From assembly GCA_040954595.2 (NCBI GenBank), contig CM082591.2, positions 1-64,000 on the forward strand: a stretch of DNA of 64,000 nucleotides, read 5' to 3'. The stretch is from Balanoglossus misakiensis (lineage: Eukaryota; Animalia; Hemichordata). Position numbers and translations under genes: made by a program. The notes under the pieces were generated by a model. It did no database searches. It saw nothing but the letters and a program-made list of their open reading frames with translations, and was not told where the DNA came from. Shown here piece by piece: positions 13,501-25,309 of this stretch; the stretch's first letter is position 1, and every line of letters begins with the position of its first letter.

Positions 13501-14705
13501 GGCCAAGTTGATGGCGACTTCCGGTCGTAACGGCGTGAATCTGGGCCAAGTTGCCGGCGACTTCCGGTCGTAACGGCGCGGTGAATCTGGGCCAAGTTGC
13601 CGGCGACTTCCTGTCGTAACGGCGAGGTGAATCTTGGCCAAGTTGCCGGCGACTTCCGGTCGTAACGGCGTGAATCTGGGCCAAGTTGCCGGCGACTTCC
13701 GGTCGTAACGGCGCGGTGAATCTGGGCCAAGTTGCCGGCGACTTCCGGTCGTAACGGCGAGGTGAATCTTGGCCAAGTTGCCGGCGACTTCCGGTCGGAA
13801 CGGCGCAGTGAATCCGGGCCAAGTTGCGGCGACTTCCGGTCGTAACGGCGTGGTGAATCCAGGCCAAGTTGCCGGCGACTTCCGGTCGTAACGGCGCGGT
13901 GAATCTGGGCCAAGTTGCCGGAGACTTCCTGTGATTCCGGGCCAAGTTGCCGGCGACTTCCGGTCGTAACGGCGCGGTGAATCTGGGCCTAGTTGCCGGC
14001 AACTTCCGGTCGTAACGGCGTAAGAATCTGGGCCAAGTTGCCGGAGACTTCCTGTGAATCCAGGCCAAGTTGCCGGCGACTTCCGGTCGTAACGGCACGG
14101 TGAATCTGGGCCAAGTTGCCGGCGACTTCCGGTCGTAACGGCGCGGTGAATCTGGGCCAAGTTGCCGGCGACTTCCGGTCGTAACGGCGCAAGAATCTGG
14201 GCCAAGTTGCCGGAGACTTCCTGTGAATCCGGGCCTAGTTGCGGCGACTTCCGGTCGTAACGGTGCGGTAAATCAGGGCCAAGTTGCCGGCGACTTCCGG
14301 TGGTAACGGCGCGGTGATTCTGGGCCAAGTTGCCGGCGACTTCCGGTGGTAACGGCGCGGTGAATCTGGGCCAAGTTGCCGGCGACTTCCGGTCGTAACG
14401 GCGCAAGAATCTGGGCCAAGTTGCCGGAGACTTCCTGTGAATCCGGGCCAAGTTGCGGCGACTTCCGGTCGTAACGGCGCTGTGAATCCGGGCCAAGTTG
14501 CGGCGACTTCCGGTCGTAACGGCGCTGTGAATCTGGGCCAAGTTGCCGGCGACTTCCGGTGGTAACGGCGCGGTGAATCTGGGCCAAGTTGCCGGCGACT
14601 TCCTGTCGTAACGGCGCGGTGAATCTGGGCCAAGTTGCCGGCGATTTCCTGTGGTAACGGCGCGGTGAATCTGGGCCAAGTTGATGGCGACTTCCTGTGA
14701 ATCCG
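7555..14705. repeat. ~46-bp subtelomeric CpG-rich satellite with variant monomers and higher-order duplications
   Basis: Consensus GTGAATCTGGGCCAAGTTGCCGGCGACTTCCGGTCGTAACGGCGCG (7 CpG), interspersed with truncated monomers ending ACTTCCT and 43-45 bp variants. Near-identical variant strings recur, for example at a 2855-bp offset. Confidence 0.97.
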
Positions 14706-17600
14706 AGCAGACTGGAGGGGGACTGGAGCAGGCTGGAGGGGGACCTGAGCAGGCTGGAGGGGGACTGGAGCAGACTGGAGGGGGACTGGAGCAGACTGGA
14801 GGGGGACTGGAGCAGACTGGAGGGGGACTGGAGCAGACTGGAGGGGGACTGGAGCAGACTGGAGGGGGACTGGAGCAGACTGGAGGGGGGACTGGAGCAG
14901 ACTGGAGGGGGACTGGAGCAGACTGGAGGGGGACTGGAGGGGGACTGGAGCAGACTGGAGGGGGCACTGGAGAAGACTGGAGGGGCACTGGAGCAGACTG
15001 GAGGGGGGACTGGAGCAGACTGGAGGGGGACTGGAGCAGACTTGAGGGGGACTGGAGCAGACTTGAGGGGCACTGGAGCAGACTGGAGGGGCACTGGAGC
15101 AGACTGGAGGGGGACTGGAGCAGACTGGAGGGGGACTGGAGGGGGACTGGAGCAGACTGGAGGGGCACTGGAGCAGACTGGAGGGGGACTGGAGCAGACT
15201 GGAGGGGCACTGGAGCAGACTGGAGGGGCACTGGAGCAGACTGGAGGGGGAGTGGAGCATGCTGGAGGGGGAGTGGAGCAGACTGAAGGGGGAGTGGAGC
15301 AGACTTGAGGGGGACTGGAGCATGCTGGAGGGGGAGTGGAGCAGACTTGAGGGGGACTGGAGCATGCTGGAGGGGGAGTGGAGCAGACTGGAGGGGGACT
15401 GGAGCATGCTGGAGGGGGAGTGGAGCAGACTGGAGGGGGACTGGAGCATGCTGGAGGGGGAGTGGAGCAGACTGGAGGGGGACTGGAGCAGACTGGAGGG
15501 GCACTGGATCAGACTGGAGGGGGACTGGAGCAGACTGGAGGGGGACTGGAGGGGGACTGGAGCAGACTGGAGGGGCACTGGAGCAGACTGGAGGGGGACT
15601 GGAGCAGACTGGAGGGGCACTGGAGCAGACTGGAGGGGCACTGGAGCAGACTGGAGGGGGAGTGGAGCATGCTGGAGGGGGAGTGGAGCATGCTGGAGGG
15701 GGAGTGGAGCAGACTGGAGGGGGACTGGAGCATGCTGGAGGGGGAGTGGAGCAGACTGGAGGGGGACTGGAGCATGCTGGAGGGGGAGTGGAGCAGACTG
15801 GAGGGGGAGTGGAGCAGACTGGAGGGGGACTGGAGCAGACTGGAGGGGGACTGGAGCAGGCTGGAGGGGGACTGGAGCAGACTGGAGGGGGACTGGAGCA
15901 GGCTGGAGGGGGACTGGAGCAGACTGGAGGGGGACTGGAGCATGCTGGAGGGGGAGTGGAGCAGACTGGAGGGGGACTGGAGCATGCTGGAGGGGGAGTG
16001 GAGCAGACTGGAGGGGGACTGGAGCATGCTGGAGGGGGAGTGGAGCAGACTGGAGGGGGACTGGAGCAGACTGGAGGGGGAGTGGAGCAGACTGGAGGGG
16101 GACTGGAGCAGACTGGAGGGGGAGTGGAGCAGACTGGAGGGGGACTGGAGCAGACTGGAGGGGGAGTGGAGCAGACTGGAGGGGGACTGGAGCATGCTGG
16201 AGGGGACTGGAGCTTGCTGGAGGGTGACTGGAGCATGCTGGAGGGGGACTGGAGCAGACTGGAGGGGGACTGGAGCATGCTGGAGGGGGACTGGAGCAGA
16301 CTGGAGGGGGACTGGAGCAGACTGGAGGGGGAGTGGAGCATGCTGGAAGGGGATTGGAGCAGACTGGAGGGGGAGTGGAGCATGCTGGAAGGGGACTGGA
16401 GCAGACTGGAGGGGGAGTGGAGCATGCTGGAAGGGGACTGGAGCAGACTGGAGGGGGAGTGGAGCATGCTGGAGGGGGACTGGAGCAGACTGGAGGGTGA
16501 GTGGAGCAGACTGGAGGGGGACTGGAGCATGCTGGAGGGTGAGTGGAGCAGACTGGAGGGGGAGTGGAGCATGCTGGAGGGGGACTGGAGCATGCTGGAG
16601 GGGGGCTGGAGCAGACTGGAGCATGCTGGATGGGGACTGGAGCAGACTGGAGGGGGACTGGAGCAGACTGGAGGGGGACTGGAGCAGACTGTAGGGGGAC
16701 TGGAGCATGCTGGAGGGGGGCTGGAGCAGACTGGAGCATGCTGGATGGGGACTGGAGCAGACTGGAGGGGGACTGGAGCAGACTGGAGGGGGACTGGAGC
16801 AGACTGTAGGGGGACTGGAGCAGACTGGAGGGGGACTGGAGCAGACTGGAGGGGGACTGGAGCAGACTGTAGGGGGACTGGAGCAGACTGGAGGGGGACT
16901 GGAGCAGACTGTAGGGGGACTGGAGCAGACTGGAGGGGGACTGGAGCAGACTGGAGGGTGAGTGGAGCAGACTGGAGGGGGACTGGAGCAGACTGGAGGG
17001 GGACTGGAGCAGACTGTAGGGGGACTGGAGCAGACTGGAGGGGGACTGGAGCAGACTGGAGGGGGACTGGAGCAGACTGTAGGGGGACTGGAGCAGACTG
17101 GAGGGGGACTGGAGCAGACTGTAGGGGGACTGGAGCAGACTGGAGGGGGACTGGAGCAGACTGGAGGGTGAGTGGAGCAGACTGGAGGGGGACTGGAGCA
17201 TGCTGGAGGGTGAGTGGAGCAGACTGGAGGGGGACTGGAGCATGCTGGAGGGGGACTGGAGCAGACTGGAGGGGGACTGGAGCAGACTGGAGCAGACTGG
17301 AGGGGGACTGGAGCAGACTGGAGGGGCACTGGAGCAGACTGGAGGGGGACTGGAGCAGACTGGAGGGGGACTGGAGCAGACTGGAGGGGCACTGGAGCAG
17401 GCTGGAGGGGCACTGGAGCAGGCTGGAGGGGCACTGGAGCAGGCTGGAGGGGCACTGGAGCAGACTGGAGGGGGACTGGAGCAGACTGGAGGGGGACTGG
17501 AGCAGACTGGAGGGGGACTGGAGCAGACTGGAGGGGGACTGGAGCAGACTGGAGGGGGACTGGCGCAGACTGGAGGGGGACTGGAGCAGGCTGGAGGGGG
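14706..17600. repeat. 21-bp G-rich satellite (GGACTGGAGCAGACTGGAGGG)n, about 135-140 units
   Basis: 21-bp period seen directly and as 7-aa periodicity (LEQTGGG/DWSRLEG/GTGADWR) in the ORF track. Variants include GCATGCTGG, GGAGTGG and GACTGTAG. Confidence 0.97.
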
Positions 17601-18460
17601 ACATACATTACATACATTCATAAATGCATACATAGAGAACAATTTTGTACCCATACAATTCCATTTATTTAATTTTCCTGACCTTCACAATCAGGTTTTG
17701 GGAATGACAGCTAATTTAAATTGAATTACAATACAATACTTTAACATATTTTCATCTGTGAACTTTTAACTGGTGAACAAATTGGAGACCATTATTAAAC
17801 AAAGTTTCCCCGAGCCTGTTTACCATTCCAGCCAAAGTATTAGTTGTTAGTGTTAGTGTTAGGGTTAGGGTTAGTGTTAGGGTTAGAGTTAGGGTTAGGG
17901 GTAGGGTTAGGCTTAGTGTTGAAATTAACAAATGGCTGAAATGGCACAAACAATTTCATAAATTGAATCAAATTCCTTTGACTGCAAAATTCACTGAACA
18001 AAGTTTGCTCTGTGCAAACTTGTAATTCTAAGAAATACTGTATCTATGGACATTTAGGCTACAGTTAAATAATTAATACTGTGTCCTAATCTGAATCAAT
18101 CTTTATCATAACACATAACCAGTGAGTTAAAGGGAACATGTAAGGAAAGTCAATGTCATAGTCCCCACTGGATCAATAGATTAAACAGCAACATTCTCTC
18201 TTTTTGATCTTTTAGAGATTAAATTCGTTTGATACAGAATGGTGATTTTAAAAATCATTATTTTTTATGCAAGTATTCAATGTATACTTGACAACATTCA
18301 AAGCTCAAAAAGAGAGATTGTGTCACTTTATTAGAAAACTGGACGGAAGACAATCTATAAGTTTTCTCTTCATTCTCATTATAAACTCTTAAAATGCCGA
18401 CTGAAAATCTATGTCTTCTCTTTATTTTGCATTCAGACTTCATCTGCCAAGATGCAAGTA
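17601..18460 (+). repeat. Copy A of a diverged AT-rich duplicated segment (paralog of 23690-24940)
   Basis: Colinear shared blocks with copy B: ACATAGAGAACAATT, TCAGGTTTTGG..ACAGCTAATTTAAATTGAATTA, CCAGCCAAAGTATTAGTTGTTA, ATGGACATTTAGGCTACAGTTAAATAA, TACTGTGTCCTAATCTGAAT, CTTCATTCTCATTATAAACTCTTAAAATG. Confidence 0.9.
17846..17920 (+). repeat. Interstitial telomere-like tract (TTAGGG/TTAGTG, about 12 hexamers), inverted relative to the terminal telomere
   Basis: GTTAGTGTTAGTGTTAGGGTTAGGGTTAGTGTTAGGGTTAGAGTTAGGGTTAGGGGTAGGGTTAGGCTTAGTGTT on the + strand. Confidence 0.9.
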
Positions 18461-21400
18461 TTTTATTGGGTTGCTGGTAGACCAAGTCCTTGTCCATTTC
18501 TACCATCATCATCATTTGGAAAATCACCAGTCTTCACACTTCAGCTTGAGCTAAGAAAGTAACAGAAAAAAAAAAAATTCGCTTTTAATTAATGAAATGA
18601 TCACACGTTTTATAGCATTGATTCATTCGGCTTAAGTTAAATTTGGAAGTCTTCCAATACTATATACACTCATAAAATGTTGACTACAAACCTTCATATT
18701 TTCTTCATTTGACAACCAGATATGTTAATCTGCCATCATGCAAATAGTTTATGGGGTGAGTGCAATACCAAGCCCTTGTCCACTTCTACCATTGGCAATA
18801 TCTGGATAAAAACATCAGTCTGCACTCTTCGCCATATTCTAACAAAAAAACAGAAAAATTTTATCCATGATTAATGAACAAATTGGCGAAAGATTGTATA
18901 AATTGATTCAATGAGTTAAATTTGGATGTGTTCCAATACTATATACACTCTTAAAAGGTTGAGTACAAACCTATATTTTCTTCATTTGACAACCAGATAT
19001 GTTCATCTGCCCTTTATTTGACATCCAAATATCTCCATCTGCCATCATGCAAGTAGTTTATTGGGTGACTGGAAGACCATGTACTTGTCCACTTCTACCT
19101 ATTTCAACATTCAGATACACAACATCAGCCTCCACTCTTCACCATATTCTAACAAAACAACAGAAAAAAAATATTCATGATCAATGAACAAAGTGGTGAC
19201 ATATTTTATGAAATTGATTCAATGAGTTAAGTTTGGATTTGTTTCAACACTATATACACTCTTAAAATGTTGACTGCAAACCTGTATGTTTTCTTTATTT
19301 GACATCCAAATATCTTCATCTGCCATCATGCAAGTAGTTTATTGGGTGACTGGGAAACCAAGTCCTTGTCCACTTCTACCAATGGCAACATTCAGATACA
19401 CAACATCAGCCTGCACTCTTTGACATATTCTAACAAAACAACAGAAAAAAAATGATTCATGATCAATGAACAAAGTGGTGACATATATTATAAAATTGAT
19501 TCAATGAGTTAAGTTTGAATTTGTTCCAATACTATATACACTTGTTGACTGCAAACCTGTACGTTTTCTTTATTTGACATCCATATATCTTCATCTGCCA
19601 TCATGCAAGTTGTTAATTGGCTGACTGCAAGACCAAGTCCTTGTCCACTTCTACCGTTGGCACCATTTAGAAATTAAAGATCATTCTTCATGCTTGAACT
19701 TGCTTCATCTGCCATCATGCAAGTACTTTATTGGCTGACTGGAAGACCAAGTCCTTGTCCACTTCTACCATTGGCAACATTCAGATACACAACATCAGCC
19801 TGCACTCTTCGCCATATTCTAACAAAACAACAGAAAAAAAATTATTCATGATCAATGAACAAAGTCGTGACATAGTTTATAAAATTGATTCAATGAGTTA
19901 AGCTTGGATTTGTTCCAACACTATATACACTCTTAAAATGTTGACTGCAAACCTTTATGTTTTCTTAATTTGACATCCAAATATCTTCATCAGCCATCAT
20001 GCAAGTAGTTTATTGGGTGACTGGAAAACCAAGTCCTTGTCCACTTCTACCAATGGCAACATTCAGATACACAACATCAGCCTGCACTCTTTGCCATATT
20101 CTAACAAAACAACAGAAAAAAAATTATTCATGATCAATGAACAAAGTGGTGACATATATTATTAAATTGATTCAATGAGTTAAGCTTGGATTTGTTCCAA
20201 CACTATATACACTCTTAAAATGTTGACTGCAAACCTTTATGTTTTCTTAATTTGACATCCAAATATCTTCATCAGCCATCATGCAAGTAGTTTATTGGGT
20301 GACTGGGAAACCAAGTCCTTGTCCACTTCTACCAATGGCAACATTCAGATACACAACATCAGCCTGCACTCTTCGGCATATTCTAACAAAACAACAGAAA
20401 AAAAATGATTCATGATCAATGAACAAAGTGGTGACATATTTTATAAAATTGATTCAATGAGTTAAGTTTGAATTTGTTCCAATATACACTTGTTGCCTGC
20501 AAACCTGTACGTTTTCTTCATTTGACATCCATATATCTTCATCTGCCATCATGCAAGTTTTTTATTGGCTGACTGCAAGACCAAGTCCTTGTCCACTTCT
20601 ACCGTTGGCACCATTTAGAAATTAAACATCATTCTTCATGCTTGAACTTGCTTCATCTGCCATCATGGAAGTACTTTATTGGGTGACTGGGAAACCAAGT
20701 CCTTGTCCACTTCTACCAATGGCAACATTCAGATACACAACATCAGCCTGCACTCTTCGGCATATTCTAACAAAACAACAGAAAAAAATTTATTCATGAT
20801 CAATGAACAAAGTGGTGACATATTTTATAAAATTGATTCAATGAGTTAAGTTTGAATTTGTTCCAATATACACTTGTTGCCTGCAAACCTGTACGTTTTC
20901 TTCATTTGACATCCATATATCTTCATCTGCCATCATGCAAGTTGTTTATTGGCTGACTGCAAGACCAGGTCCTTGTCAACTTCTACCGTTGGCACCATTC
21001 AGAAATTATACATCAGTCTTCATGCTTGAACTTGCTTCATCTGCCATCATGGAAGTACTTTATTGGGTGACTGGGAAACCAAGTCCTTGTCCACTTCTAC
21101 CAATGGCAACATTCAGATACACAACATCAGCCTGCACTCTTCGGCATATTCTAACAAAACAACAGAAAAAAAATTATTCATGATCAATGAACAAAGTGGT
21201 GACATATTTTATAAAATTGATTCAATGAGTTAAGTTTGAATTTGTTCCAATATACACTTGTTGCCTGCAAACCTGTACGTTTTCTTCATTTGACATCCAT
21301 ATATCTTCATCTGCCATCATGCAAGTTTTTTATTGGCTGACTGCAAGACCAAGTCCTTGTCCACTTCTACCGTTGGCACCATTTAGAAATTAAACATCAT

Positions 21401-23340
21401 TCTTCATGCTTGAACTTGCTTCATCTGCCATCATGGAAGTACTTTATTGGCTGACTGGGAAACCAAGTCCTTGTCCACTTCTACCAATGGCAACATTCAG
21501 ATACACAACATCAGCCTGCACTCTTCGCCATATTCTAACAAAACAACAGAAAAAAAATATTCATGATGAATGAACAAAGTGGTGACATATTTTATAAAAT
21601 TGATTCAATGAGTTAAGCTTGGATTTGTTCCAACACTATATACACTCTTAAAATGTTGACTGCAAACCTGTATGTTTTCTTTATTTGACATCCAATTATC
21701 TTCATCTGCCATCATGCAAGTAGTTTATTGGGTGACTGGGAAACCAAGTCCTTGTCCACTTCTACCAATGGCAACATTCAGATACATAACATCAGCCTGC
21801 ACTCTTCGCCATATTCTAACAAAACAACAGAAAAAAATATTCATGATCAATGAACAAAGTGGTGACATATTTTATAAAATTGATTCAATGAGTTAAGCTT
21901 GGATTTGTTCCAACACTATATACACTCTTAAAATGTTGACTGCAAACCTGTATGTGTTCTTTATTTGACATTCAAATATCTTCATCTGCCATCATGCAAG
22001 TAGTTTATTGGGTGACTGGGAAACCAAGTCCTTGTCCACTTCTACCAATGGCAACATTCAGATACACAACATCACCCTGCACTCTTCGCCATATTCTCAC
22101 AAAACAACAGAAATTTTTTTTATTCATGATCAATGAACAAAGTGGTGACATATTTTATAAAATTGATTCAATGAGTTAAGTTTGTATTTGTTCTAACACT
22201 ATATACACTCTCAAAATGTTGACTACAAACCTGTATGTGTTCTTTATTTGACATCCAAATATCTTCATCTGCCATCATCTGCCATCATGCAAGTAGTTTA
22301 TTGGCTGACTGGGAAACCAAGTCCTTGTCCACTTCTACCAATGGCAACATTCAGATACACAACATCAGTCTGCACTCTTCGCCATATTCTCACAAAACAA
22401 CAGAATTTTTTTTTATTCATGATCAATGAAAAAAGTGGTGACATATTTTATAAAATTGATTCAATGAGTTAAGTTTGGATTTGTTCCAACACTATATACA
22501 CTCTTAAAATGTTGACTGCAAACCTGTATGTTTTCTTTATTTGACATCCAAATATCTTCATCTGCCATCATGTAAGTAGTTTATTGGGTGACTGGGAAAC
22601 CAAGTCCATATCCACTTCTACCAATAGCAACATTCAGATACACAACATCAGCCTGCACTCTTCGCCATATTCTAACAAAACAACAGAAAAATACATGATT
22701 CATGATTAATGAACAAAGTGGTGACATATTTTATAAAATTGATTCAATGAGTTAAGTTTGGATTTGTTCCAACACTATATACACTCTTAAAATGTTGACT
22801 ACAAACCAGTATGTTTTCTTTATTTGACATCCAAATATCTTCATCTGCCATCATGCAAGTAGTTTATTGGGTGACTGGGAAACCAAGTCCATATCCACTT
22901 CTACCAATGGCAACATTCAGATACACAACATCAGCCTGCACTCTTCGCCATATTCTAACAAAACAACAGAAAAAAATTATTCATGATCAATGAACATAGT
23001 GGTGACATATTTTATAAAATTGATTCAATGTGTTAAGTTTGGATTTGTTCCAATACTATATACACTCTTAAAATGTTGACTGCAAACCTGTATGTTTTCT
23101 TTATTTGATATCCAAATATCTTCATCTGCCATCATGCAAGTAGTTTATTGGGTGACTGGGAAACCAAGTCCTTGTCCACTTCTACCGTTGGCATCATTTA
23201 GAAATTAACATCAGTCTTCATGCTTGAACTTGCTTCATCTGCCATCATGCAAGTACTTTATTGGCTGACTGGAAGACCAAGTCCTTGTCCACTTCTACTA
23301 TTGGCATCATTTGGAATTTTGTCGTCAACCTTCCTGCTTA
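18440..23340. repeat. AT-rich tandem array of ~282-bp and ~384-bp units (about 15 units)
   Basis: The marker AAATTGATTCAATG recurs near 18900, 19212, 19493, 19882, 20164, 20446, 20830, 21214, 21597, 21877, 22160, 22452, 22736 and 23017. Long units carry an extra ~107-bp copy of the TCATCTGCCATCATG..CCAAGTCCTTGTCCACTTCTACC subunit. Confidence 0.95.
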
Positions 23341-23420
23341 ACTTAATGCAATTATACTTCAATATTGTTAGTTTCTGTTATATTATAGCACACTAGTAAA
23401 CAATTACCAAAACATTTGCT

Positions 23421-24570
23421 AAACTTATCTACCATCACAGTTGGAAAGCTTCTCAACTATTGTAGACATTGGGAGAACTTCATGACAAGATAAAATTCGG
23501 ACAAGGATACAATAGGAATTCATATACACATACATTACATACATGCATACATTACATACATACATACATACATTACATACATACATGCATACATTGCATA
23601 CATACATACACGCACACACACACACACACACACATACACACATACACACATACACACATACACACATACATACATACATACATACATACATACATACATA
23701 GAGAACAATTCTGTACCCTAAAAGTTGAAATGAATAATTTTCTTGGCCTTCACTTTCAGGTTTTGGAAAATACAGCTAATTTAAATTGAATTAGAATACA
23801 TTACTTAATTTCATCTGTATACCTCTAACTGGCTCATTATGAAAAATAGAAATAGTCACAAGAATACAAGTTTTTCATAGCCTGCTTATACCACTCCAGC
23901 CAAAGTATTAGTTGTTATAATTAGTTAATGGTGTGTTAGTACGTTAATATTGAAGTTAGAAAAAATGGCTGAAATGACACAAACAGTTTTCTAGATTGAA
24001 TCAATTTGCTGTGACTGCACAATTCACTAAACAAAATTTCCTCAATGCATACATGTAATTTTTAGAATTACTGAATCATATGGACATTTAGGCTACAGTT
24101 AAATAAGCATAGTTGAGTTAAATGGTTACAGACTTGTTCTCTCTGTAATATTGTTTTAACACACATTAAACGCACATGTTCATGTATGTATGTATGTATG
24201 TATGTATGTATGTATGTATGTATGTATGTATGTATGTATGTATGTATGTATGTATGTATGTATGTATGTATGTATGTATGTATGTATGTATGTATGTATG
24301 TATGTATGTATGTATGTATGTATGTATGTATGTATGTATGTATGTATGTATGTATGTATGTATGTATGTATGTATGTATGTATGTATGTATGTATGTATG
24401 TATGTATGTATGTATGTATGTATGTATGTATGCATGCATGCATGCATGCATGCATGCATGTATGTGTATGAGAATTCATACTGTGTCCTAATCTGAATTC
24501 TTCTTGTCATGAAGTTTTCCCAATGGCTGCAACAATTGGGAAGCTCTCCAACTGTGATAGTAGACAAGTG
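23421..24570. repeat. Diverged inverted repeat; each arm has ~100 bp unique sequence plus a TACA/TGTA microsatellite
   Basis: 23421-23530 (ACTTATCTACCATCACAGTTGGAAAGCTTCTCAA..CATTGGGAGAACTTCATGACAAGA) matches the reverse complement of ~24460-24570. (TACA/CA)n at 23525-23700 faces (TATG)n at 24183-24431. Confidence 0.85.
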
Positions 24571-24940
24571 TGCTAATTTACATCATTGCAATTCTGCACA
24601 CGTAACCAGTGAGATCAAGGGAACGCATACGAAAAGTCATTAATTTTCACTGGATCAACAGATTAAGGAGCAAAATTCACTCATTTTGACCGTTTAGAGA
24701 TTGCTTTTGTATGACAGAAAATGATGGTTACAAATCAACATCAATTTTTAACACAAACATAATATGAGTAATCAATGTATACTTGATATCATTGAAAGGT
24801 CAAAAAGCGATTTTGCCGCTTTAAGAAAAAACTGGACTGAACGCAATCCCTTCATTCTCATTATAAACTCTTAAAATGCTGACTAAAAACCTGTGTCTTC
24901 TCTTCATTTGGCATCCAAATATCTTCATCTGCGATCATGG
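23690..24940 (+). repeat. Copy B of the diverged AT-rich duplicated segment
   Basis: Colinear with 17601-18460 but with extra sequence (~24110-24478, ~24510-24595) and without the TTAGGG tract. Confidence 0.88.
24183..24460. repeat. (TATG)n microsatellite grading into (CATG)n
   Basis: About 62 perfect TATG units followed by about 7 CATG units. Confidence 0.98.
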
Positions 24941-25309
24941 ACGGTACATGGTCTATGATAAAACACACTCAAATTGAATAAGGATCTATAAAAACATGCA
25001 TTAGTAGAATTGAAGTGTAAAGTTCATTACTGCAATGCCATGGAAATCTTAATGCCTGAAGCACAATTCATCAACAGCATCCACAATAAAGTTTTCCGCC
25101 TACACAATAACAATTCCCTCATGTTACAAACTCTCGACCACCTGCCAAAAAATACAACTTGAATTTAATGAAGCACACGCTGGGTTCCGTCGAGGATATT
25201 TAACCATAGATAGCATTTTTATATTACAATCTGGTGTTCAAAAGTATTTAACATGCAAAGGTGGCAACTTTCATTGTCCTTTTATAGGCTTTTCGAAAAC
25301 TTTTGATAC

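Noticed and set aside
3401-14705. CRISPR-like repeat/spacer appearance
   Set aside because: The intervening sequences are themselves repeated, not unique spacers. There are no cas genes and the context is a eukaryotic telomere.
4582-17724. Very long ORFs (up to 1490 aa) in several frames and both strands
   Set aside because: The satellite monomers lack stops, several overlapping frames are open, and monomer lengths of 52 and 46 shift frame. No domain or codon-level constraint is visible.
18999-22993. Recurrent short ORFs (SSAIMQVVYWVTGKPSPCPLLP) in the 282-bp array
   Set aside because: Copies have stops and poly-A frameshifts, no consistent splice sites and no recognisable domain.
23425-24567. 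YIHT/MYVC repeat ORFs (also 32355-32585)
   Set aside because: They are translations of TACA/TATG microsatellites.
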